NCBI GenBank assembly: GCA_937893015.1
Contig: CALBJX010000062.1
Span: 733-64,732, forward strand
Direction of reading: 5' to 3'
Source: an uncultured Verrucomicrobiales bacterium
GTDB lineage: Bacteria > Verrucomicrobiota > Verrucomicrobiia > Verrucomicrobiales > Akkermansiaceae
DNA length: 64,000 bases
The position numbers and the translations under genes are program-made. This document shows positions 57,074-64,000 of the stretch, piece by piece. Position 1 is the first letter of the stretch. Each line of letters begins with the position of its first letter. Under the pieces are notes generated by a model. That model was not told the origin of the DNA. It ran no database searches and saw nothing but the letters and a program-made list of their open reading frames with translations.

Positions 57074-60032
57074 AGACGTTGAAGAGGTTGAATTTCAGAC
57101 TGGCGTTGCCGCCTTGGGAGGTGGTGCTGATGCGGACGTAGCGCGCCGCGACCGTGCGGGTGAACTCCAGCCGGTTGAAGCCCTTGGCGGAGGCATCGGG
57201 CATGTCCATGAGGGGTTCCCAGTTCTCGCCATCCAGCGAGGTTTCCAGCAGACTGCCCGCAGGGGCACCCGGGCAGAAGATGATGCCGCCGATGTTCACG
57301 CGCTTGCCGAGGTCGAGGGTCACGGCTTCTGTCTTGGAACTGGCGGTCTCGATGCGCCCGCCCTTGGCGGTGAGGGCTGCGGCGTGTTGCAGAATGTGCT
57401 TTTCGTCGTCGGAGTAGGTGGTGAGGTGCAGCAGGCAGCCTTCGGAGGCGAGCTTGCCGTGGAACTCATCGATGAAGGGCAGCTTGGGGCTCTCCTGATC
57501 CTTTACCATGGCGCTGTACTTGTCGAAGAGGGCCTTGTCCTTCAGCTGCTCGGCGGCCTGAATCATGGCCGCGAGCATCATGTCGGGGTCCTTGGCCTCC
57601 GGGCGCTTCTGCTCTGTCTCCGCGAAGAAACGGCCCGAGAGTGCCTTGTTGTCCTTGGCGGAGGTACACATGGCCCACACCAGCATCTGGTGGTAGGAGG
57701 GCTTTTGCATGGCGGTGTCGCGCACCATCTGCAGGTACTGCTGCTTGAAGTTGGTGGCCTTGTTGAGCGAGAGGAATTGGATGTCGAGCATCTCGTCAAT
57801 CTTCCAGCCGAGGTCGTCCAGCTCACCGATGTTCTCGAAGAAGGGTTTGTAGGCATTGACACGCTGGAGCGGCGCACGGAGCAGGGGGATGAGCGAGGGA
57901 TAGACGGCCTCCATGAGGTAGTCGCCCGCGCGGGCGGGGTAATTCGGCGCGAGGGCTTCGCAAATCTTCTTGTTGAGCGAGAGCCACGTGTTCGGGTTGC
58001 GCTTCATCTTGTCCGCCACCATGCTCAGGTAGTTGCGCCAGATGGGCAGGTTGAGCGGCTGCACGCCCAGCGCACGCTCGTAGAGCTTCACGGCATCCTT
58101 GAGGTTGCGGCGCGCGACCATCACGCCCGCAATGGAGCCGATTTCCTGCGAAAGACGCGTCTTTTCCGGCTCTTTGTACATGGCGGTCATCATCTGGAAG
58201 GCACTCCATGTGTGCTCGCCGCAGAAGCCCCAGTGCGGGAAATGCTTGCTGTTGACACTGTTGCAGAGCTTCCATTCTCCGTCCAGATACACCGTATAGG
58301 CGCAGTGGCCGGGCTCGCCCATGGTGACGGCCGGCACGCCGTTGGCGCAGGCGCCCGTGGTGCCGAAGTGCGAGAGCCCGCCGCAGACGGCGCCGATGTC
58401 GCGCGTCATCTTGGCCATGTTGTTGGGGTAAATCTTGCGGTAGGGCGCGTAGTAGGCATCCCCGAAGATGACATCACCGAATTCGTTGAGCGGCAGATAG
58501 GGCACTTGGCCCGCGAGGCCCGCATACTCGCGGTCGGGCACGGAGCAGTTGTCGCGCGCCCAGCGCATGGTGGTGGCGCTGCCGAAGCCGTTCATGCCCT
58601 TCCAGCCGCCCACGAAGTGCAGCAGCCAGTCCGGCTGCCCCCAGAAGGAGCTGTTGAGCAAATCCTGCTCGATGCTCTCCGCAAAGAACAGGTAGCGCTC
58701 CTTGGCGAGCATGTAGACGCTCTCCTTGTCCTGTCGGCGCGCGCCTTTTTTCTTCTCGGGTTGCGGCATGCCGATGGATTCGTACTTCTCCTTTTCTTCC
58801 TCGGAGAGCTCTTCTCCCTCGCCGTACCAGCCGTTGCGGGCAAACTCCACGGCGATGGCGGCGGCCATGCGCTTCTTCATTTTCTCCTGCGCGGGCGTGA
58901 GCTCGGCGGGCTTGTCCTTGCGCTTCTCTTCCGCGATAAGGAACTCGTTCACCATGGCGAGGGCCACATCCGCCTTGCTCATCTCACCGTCGTAGACGAA
59001 GCTGGCGCACCATTCGGAGTTGTTCAGCAGCGGGGAGAGGCGTTTGCACGCGGCGGGGTCGCGCATGAGCGCGGAGAGCTTGTCGAGGTTCGCGCGGTTG
59101 AGTACCTCCCACTGCGCGAGCATCAGCTCATTGGCGGGGTCATGCAGGAAGGTGTCCACCGTGCCGTCATCCACGCGCTTCAGTCGGCTGCGGATGGCGG
59201 ATTCCAGACGGATTTTGAGGGATTTCGGCTGCTTCCACTCCTGACCCGTGGAGCTCTTTTGGATGACGATGGGCTCATCGGGGATAGGCTCTTCCTCCTC
59301 GTCCTCCACCTCGGGCTCGGGTTCCTCGGCAGGGGCGGGGCTGTCGTCTTTCTTGTCGGGTTCTTCCGTTTCATCCTCCGTCTGCCAGTCGTCCACCACG
59401 ACATCGCGCTTGAGCTGTTCGATGGTCTGAGCCTTGGTGGGGGCGGGGGGCGGTTCCGTTTCCTCGTTGAGCAGGGTGTAGATGTAGTAGCCCAGGCCGC
59501 CGAGCACGGCAAGCATCAGGAGCCACAGCCATGCGGGAACTCCCTTGCCTGCGTGGTTGGCGAGGGTGGGGCGGGCGGCGACGCTGCCGTCGCCGGCAGC
59601 GGTGTGGAGCTTTTTCTTTTTGGGCTGCTCCTCAGTGTGTTTCTCGCTCTTTGTTTCCTCCGCGGTCTGCGCGGTGAGGTCGATGTAGACGGGCGCCTGT
59701 TCTTCTGTTGCAGAAGCAGGGGTCTCTTCCTCTTCCGTCACCAGCTCCAGCTTGCATTGCCCGATGCTGTAGAGCGTCCCAGCGCTCATGATTTCGCTGC
59801 TCACGCGGCGTCCTTCCTGCCACACGCCGTTGGAGGATTGTTCATCCGTGAGCTCGACGCCGTTCTCCGTGACGCGCACGGAGCAATGCAGACGCGACAG
59901 CGCGGAATCTTCGGGCAGCGCGATATCACAGCTTTCGCCGTCGCGCCCGATGCGGTAGCCTCCGCCGATGTCCGCGGGCATCGGGTAGCCTGTCTGTTCG
60001 CCAGTGGGGGTGGTGATGCGTAAAATCGTCAT
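57057..60032 (-). CDS. FHA domain, TM helix, acidic linker, transglutaminase-like core, helical/TPR region and discoidin-like C-terminal domain
   Basis: FHA IGR...D......LSRLH.....D..SSNG; TM WLWLLMLAVLGGLGYYIYTLL; GAVCG...GVPA...PGHCAY...W; VTLDLGK...LETSLDGENW...ARYVRI. Start set at 60032 because the ATG at 60056 overlaps a TATAAT box. Confidence 0.75.
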   Translation of the reverse strand: MTILRITTPTGEQTGYPMPADIGGGYRIGRDGESCDIALPEDSALSRLHCSVRVTENGVELTDEQSSNGVWQEGRRVSSEIMSAGTLYSIGQCKLELVTEEEETPASATEEQAPVYIDLTAQTAEETKSEKHTEEQPKKKKLHTAAGDGSVAARPTLANHAGKGVPAWLWLLMLAVLGGLGYYIYTLLNEETEPPPAPTKAQTIEQLKRDVVVDDWQTEDETEEPDKKDDSPAPAEEPEPEVEDEEEEPIPDEPIVIQKSSTGQEWKQPKSLKIRLESAIRSRLKRVDDGTVDTFLHDPANELMLAQWEVLNRANLDKLSALMRDPAACKRLSPLLNNSEWCASFVYDGEMSKADVALAMVNEFLIAEEKRKDKPAELTPAQEKMKKRMAAAIAVEFARNGWYGEGEELSEEEKEKYESIGMPQPEKKKGARRQDKESVYMLAKERYLFFAESIEQDLLNSSFWGQPDWLLHFVGGWKGMNGFGSATTMRWARDNCSVPDREYAGLAGQVPYLPLNEFGDVIFGDAYYAPYRKIYPNNMAKMTRDIGAVCGGLSHFGTTGACANGVPAVTMGEPGHCAYTVYLDGEWKLCNSVNSKHFPHWGFCGEHTWSAFQMMTAMYKEPEKTRLSQEIGSIAGVMVARRNLKDAVKLYERALGVQPLNLPIWRNYLSMVADKMKRNPNTWLSLNKKICEALAPNYPARAGDYLMEAVYPSLIPLLRAPLQRVNAYKPFFENIGELDDLGWKIDEMLDIQFLSLNKATNFKQQYLQMVRDTAMQKPSYHQMLVWAMCTSAKDNKALSGRFFAETEQKRPEAKDPDMMLAAMIQAAEQLKDKALFDKYSAMVKDQESPKLPFIDEFHGKLASEGCLLHLTTYSDDEKHILQHAAALTAKGGRIETASSKTEAVTLDLGKRVNIGGIIFCPGAPAGSLLETSLDGENWEPLMDMPDASAKGFNRLEFTRTVAARYVRISTTSQGGNASLKFNLFNVYERTH

Positions 60033-60151
60033 GGTGGTGTCCGAACTTCCCGACATTATAGAGGAATGGTGTGATTTTTCAAGCAAACAATGCAAGAAAA
60101 GCGGATGAGACTTGCCAAGGGGCTCGCCCGCGTGTACAATCAGGGCGTACA

Positions 60152-61711
60152 ATGAGCACGATGAAAGACCGCTTATTCGAGGAAATCCTGCAGGCACGGC
60201 AGCGAGTGTATGCCGTGGGCAATCCCACGCCGCTGCAGGAGCTGCGACTGCCCGATGTGGATGCCGTCGTCTTTGCCAAGCGCGAGGATTTGGGGCCCAT
60301 CAAGGCCTACAAGTGGCGCGGCGCGTACAACTGCATGGCGAAGCTGACGCCGGAGCAGCGCGAGGGCGGTGTCGTGGCGGCGAGCGCGGGCAACCATGGT
60401 CAGGGCGTGGCTCTGGCGGCGGCGCGTCTCGGCTGCAAAGCGCACATCTTCATGCCCCGCTCCACCCCCGAGGTGAAGCAGAACGCCGTCCGCATGCACG
60501 GCGGCGAGCAGGTCGAGATTGTGCTCACGGGCGATTCCTACGATGCCGCCTCCGCCGCGGCGCACGAGTTTGCGGATGCCAACGGGCTGACCTTCGTGCA
60601 CCCCTATGACGATCTCGCCACCATGGGCGGGCAGGGGACGCTGGCGGATGAAGTGGTGATGAGCGGCAAGGGACCCTTCGACCGCGTGTATCTCCAAATC
60701 GGCGGCGGCGGTCTGGCGTCCGGCTGCGCCTGCTGGTTCAAGAAGTTTTGGCCGGGCTGCAAGTGCATCGGCGTGGAGGGCGTGAATCAGGCCTCCATGA
60801 AGCTCGCCGTGGAAAGCGGGGATCGCGGGGTGCTGCCCTATGTCGATGTGTTCTGCGACGGCACCGCCGTGCGTCAGGCGGGTGAAAACACCTATCAACT
60901 TTGCCGCGAGCTGCTGGACGGCTTTGTGACGGTCACGAACGACGAGGTCTGCAAGGCCATCCGTTCGCTTTGGAACAGCATCCGCGTGGTGACGGAGCCC
61001 TCCGGCGCCATGGGGCTCGCAGCCTTCCTGAAAGACTGGGAGGCAGGTGAAGTGAAGCCCGGTGAGAAGTGCCTTGTCGTGCTCTCCGGCGCGAACATGG
61101 ATTTCGCCCAGATGGGCGTGGTGGCCGCGCGAGCGGGTGTGGGGCAGAGCAAGCGCAAGCAGCGCTATCTGCAAATCCCCATGGAGACCAAGCGCGGGCA
61201 AATCCTGAAATATCTCGAAAACATTCCCGCGGGCGTGCAGCTCACGGATGTGCAGTACGGCCGCGTGGGCGGGGACATTCAGTACCCCGTGTTCGGTGTG
61301 CTCGGCACCAAGGAACAGTTTGCGGAGATTGAGCAGCGCCTTGCCGCACAGGGATTGAAGGCGGTGGATGTGTCGGAGGATGTGGATGTGGCTTTCCGCA
61401 TGATTTCCTACGACCGCGAGCATTTGCACCACCCCGTGTTCTTCGTTATCGAGTTCCCCGAACGCCCCGGTGCCTTCACGGAATTTATGCGTGCCATGGG
61501 CGAGTATGCGAACCTCTGCTACTTCAACTACCAGTACTCGGGCGAATCCGTCGGTCGCGCCCTGGTGGGGCTGGAGTTCGCCACCCGCGAGGACCGCGAC
61601 GCCTGCCGTGCACTGGCGGACACGCTCAAGGGCAAGGCCATTCAGAGCATTCACGAACTGCCGGATGCGGTGCGCCACCGCGTGCTGGACCGCATGAGCC
61701 CTGCCGAGTGA
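60152..61711 (+). CDS. ilvA: Threonine dehydratase (biosynthetic type with C-terminal ACT-like domains)
   Basis: KREDL...AYKWRGA, ASAGNHGQGVA, HPYDD, GQGT, GGGGL, SGANMDF and FPERPGA motifs; promoter TTGCCA-17-TACAAT. Confidence 0.92.
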   Translation: MSTMKDRLFEEILQARQRVYAVGNPTPLQELRLPDVDAVVFAKREDLGPIKAYKWRGAYNCMAKLTPEQREGGVVAASAGNHGQGVALAAARLGCKAHIFMPRSTPEVKQNAVRMHGGEQVEIVLTGDSYDAASAAAHEFADANGLTFVHPYDDLATMGGQGTLADEVVMSGKGPFDRVYLQIGGGGLASGCACWFKKFWPGCKCIGVEGVNQASMKLAVESGDRGVLPYVDVFCDGTAVRQAGENTYQLCRELLDGFVTVTNDEVCKAIRSLWNSIRVVTEPSGAMGLAAFLKDWEAGEVKPGEKCLVVLSGANMDFAQMGVVAARAGVGQSKRKQRYLQIPMETKRGQILKYLENIPAGVQLTDVQYGRVGGDIQYPVFGVLGTKEQFAEIEQRLAAQGLKAVDVSEDVDVAFRMISYDREHLHHPVFFVIEFPERPGAFTEFMRAMGEYANLCYFNYQYSGESVGRALVGLEFATREDRDACRALADTLKGKAIQSIHELPDAVRHRVLDRMSPAE

Positions 61712-62259
61712 TGCTGATTCTTGCTTCCCAATCCCCGCGCCGCCGCGACCTCCTGCAACGCGAGGGGGTGGATTTTGTCGTCGAGGTGCTCCCCACGGAG
61801 GAGCTGGATGACCCGACGTTGCCGCCCGAGGAGCTTTGCGCACTCAACGCCGCGGCCAAGGCCGCTGCTGTCGCCGCACAGCACCCGCAGGACACCGTCG
61901 TCGGCGCGGACACGCTGGTGTTCATCGACGGGCACCCGCTCGGCAAGCCCGCGGATGAGGCCGATGCCGTCCGCATGCTCACGGAATTACAGGGCCGCAC
62001 GCACTGCGTCTGCACGGCGGTGGCCGTCTTTATGCCCGGCGGCGAACGCCGCGATTTTGCCGTGAAGAGCTATGTGACCTTCCGCCGCATGGATGCCGCC
62101 GCGATTGAGAATTATCTGCGCGAGGTCTATGTGCTCGACAAGGCGGGTGCCTACGCCATGCAGGAGAAGAGCGAGCTCATCGTCGAAAAGGTAGAGGGCG
62201 ATGTGGACAATGTCATCGGTCTGCCCGTGAAACAGCTGCTCGATGTGCTGAACGCCTAA
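61708..62259 (+). CDS. maf: Maf family nucleoside triphosphate pyrophosphatase
   Basis: LILASQSPRRRDLL, GADTLV, LGKP, DKAGAY and NVIGLP motifs. Confidence 0.92.
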   Translation: MMLILASQSPRRRDLLQREGVDFVVEVLPTEELDDPTLPPEELCALNAAAKAAAVAAQHPQDTVVGADTLVFIDGHPLGKPADEADAVRMLTELQGRTHCVCTAVAVFMPGGERRDFAVKSYVTFRRMDAAAIENYLREVYVLDKAGAYAMQEKSELIVEKVEGDVDNVIGLPVKQLLDVLNA

Positions 62260-62268
62260 GCCGCCGCC

Positions 62269-63390
62269 ATGAGACGACTTGCCGCCCTCTTCCTGTTGTG
62301 CTGTCATGTGGCATTTGCGGCGATTCCCGCGCCGAGAACCGGGGAGAACACGCCCAAGTATGAGTGGCGCGGGATGCACTTGGATGTGTCGCGCCACTTT
62401 TTCCCGCTTCCCGTGGTGCGGGAGTTTATCGACCGCATGGCCGCGCTGAAGCTCAACCGCCTGCACCTGCACCTGACGGACGGCCCCGGCTGGCGCGTGG
62501 AAATCAAGGCGTACCCGCGCCTGACGGAAGTGGGCGCGTGGCGCAAGGATTTGGAGAAGGAAAACTGGGACTGGCCCGAGATTCGGCTCGGCAAGGATTT
62601 TTCCAAGGTGGAGGGCGGTTTTTACACGCAGGAGAAGCTGCGCGAGCTGGTGGCTTATGCCCGCGAGCGTGGGGTGATGATTGTGCCTGAAATCGATTTG
62701 CCCGGGCATTCCTACGCCGCTCTGGTGGCCTATCCCGAGCTGGCGCGTACGGATTTTGCGGAGATGGGGCTGCGCGGCGGCGACGTGATGGACACGGAGA
62801 ACCCGCAGACGCTGGAATTCGCCAAGACCGTGCTCCTTGAGCTGATGAGCATTTTCCCCGCCGATACCCCGCTTCATCTCGGCGGAGATGAGGTGATGGC
62901 GGAATTTTCCACGCCCGAGCAGCAACGCCGTTGGATGCAGCAGCTCGTGGATTTTGTCCGCGCTCACGGCCGCGAAGCCATCACATGGGATGATGCCGCC
63001 ATGAACGGCGTAACAGGGCAGGTGGTCATGGTTTGGCAGCCCGCCCATGTGGACGCCATGCTTCGCTCGGGTGCCCCGCTCATTCTCTGCCCCTGCTCGC
63101 ACTTCTACTTCGACTACCGCCAACGCCCCGAAGACAAGGGCATGGGCGACGCCGTCATTTCTCTCGAAAAAGTTTTTTCGTATCGCATCCCCGAAGGCAA
63201 CATCCGCGGCATTCAAGGCAATGTCTGGACGGAGCACATCACCACCCCCGAACAGCTCTTCTACATGGCCTTTCCCCGCGCCGCCGCCGTTGCCGAACGC
63301 GCCTGGGGCAGCGAAGAACGACCCTTTTCTGAGTTCGCAGCGGACTGTTGCAATCAGGAAAGTAAGCGAGGCACCTCGCGGCGCAAATAA
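62269..63390 (+). CDS. Exported beta-N-acetylhexosaminidase, GH20 (catalytic domain only)
   Basis: WRGMHLDVSRHF, LHLHLTD..GWR, PEIDLPGH, HLGGDE, YFDY, GIQGNVWTE and FPRAAAVAERAW motifs. Confidence 0.9.
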   Translation: MRRLAALFLLCCHVAFAAIPAPRTGENTPKYEWRGMHLDVSRHFFPLPVVREFIDRMAALKLNRLHLHLTDGPGWRVEIKAYPRLTEVGAWRKDLEKENWDWPEIRLGKDFSKVEGGFYTQEKLRELVAYARERGVMIVPEIDLPGHSYAALVAYPELARTDFAEMGLRGGDVMDTENPQTLEFAKTVLLELMSIFPADTPLHLGGDEVMAEFSTPEQQRRWMQQLVDFVRAHGREAITWDDAAMNGVTGQVVMVWQPAHVDAMLRSGAPLILCPCSHFYFDYRQRPEDKGMGDAVISLEKVFSYRIPEGNIRGIQGNVWTEHITTPEQLFYMAFPRAAAVAERAWGSEERPFSEFAADCCNQESKRGTSRRK

Positions 63391-63395
63391 ACAAA

Positions 63396-63422
63396 ATGGT
63401 CTGACGCAGAGCGTCAGACCAT
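63396..63422. repeat. GGTCTGAC palindromic element (copy 5)
   Basis: ATGGTCTGACGC-aga-GCGTCAGACCAT between convergent GH20 and uppS genes. Confidence 0.75.
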
Positions 63423-63465
63423 CCGGAGAAAGTTAGACTAGTGTATCAACGATAGACTTCGTTTC

Positions 63466-64000
63466 TCATCGCTTGCCGTAGCGCCGTTCGCGGACGGCGA
63501 AGGCGGCGAGGGCTTCCTCGAAGTCGGCGCGGTCGAAATCGGGCCAGAGGGTGTCGGTGACGTGAATCTCGGCGTAGGAAATCTGCCAGAGGAGATAGTT
63601 GGAGAGGCGCATCTCGCCGCTGGTGCGGATGAGCAGGTCGGGGTCGGGCATGCCGGCGGTGTAGAGGCTTTGGCCCAGCAGCTCGGGCGTGATGTCCTCG
63701 GGGGCGAGAGTGCCCGCCTTCACCTGCTCGGCCAGCGCACGGGCGGCGGCGGTGATTTCCTGACGCGAGCCGTAGGAAAGCGCGAGCACCACGTTGAGCT
63801 TGGTGTTGTACTTGGTGGTCTCGATGGCTTTTGCCAGCTCCTCGCGGCAGTCCTCGGGCAGCATGTAGAGCTCGCCGATGGCGTGCAGACGAACGCCTTT
63901 TTCCATCATTTCAGGCGTGCGCTCTTGGAGATATTTTTTGAGCATCCCCATGAGCGCGGTGACTTCCAGCTTGGAGCGCCCCCAGTTCTCGGTGGAGAAG
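63466..64000 (-). CDS. uppS: Undecaprenyl diphosphate synthase (5'-truncated by the window edge)
   Basis: FSTENWGR..LEV..LM at the edge; ALSYGSRQEI, PDPDLLIRTSGEMRLSNYLLWQ.SYAE, WPDF and RERRYG motifs. Confidence 0.95.
   Translation of the reverse strand, partial: FSTENWGRSKLEVTALMGMLKKYLQERTPEMMEKGVRLHAIGELYMLPEDCREELAKAIETTKYNTKLNVVLALSYGSRQEITAAARALAEQVKAGTLAPEDITPELLGQSLYTAGMPDPDLLIRTSGEMRLSNYLLWQISYAEIHVTDTLWPDFDRADFEEALAAFAVRERRYGKR

Overview
A GC-rich (roughly 60-65% by eye) bacterial chromosomal segment whose gene set and PEP-CTERM/passenger-repeat proteins point to Verrucomicrobiota, most likely an Akkermansia-like gut bacterium (inference). Most of the window is housekeeping genes (adk, argH, class I aminotransferase, ruvB, tmk, fabI, tRNA-Ser(GGA), holA, dapL, ligA, serS, rarA, ilvA, maf, uppS) interspersed with exported proteins. 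The most notable content is a putative host-glycoprotein/antibody-processing toolkit. It comprises two giant paralogous surface proteins (<1-9984 and 40686-48455) that pair an S6/IgA1-protease-like serine protease head and passenger-type repeats with a PEP-CTERM tail instead of an autotransporter beta-barrel, plus an IdeS/Mac-like cysteine protease and a GH29 fucosidase transcribed divergently from the second giant gene. Other observations: shuffled module order between the two giants, a dispersed (GG)TCTGAC palindrome family, intergenic 7-bp tandem arrays, pervasive leaderless promoter geometry, a cryptic 3-TM gene broken at two homopolymers, and an FHA-TM-transglutaminase-like protein coupled to a Cys-less thioredoxin-fold gene. 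I saw no CRISPR array, rRNA, integrase or transposase. All family assignments come from motif recognition by eye; no searches were run.
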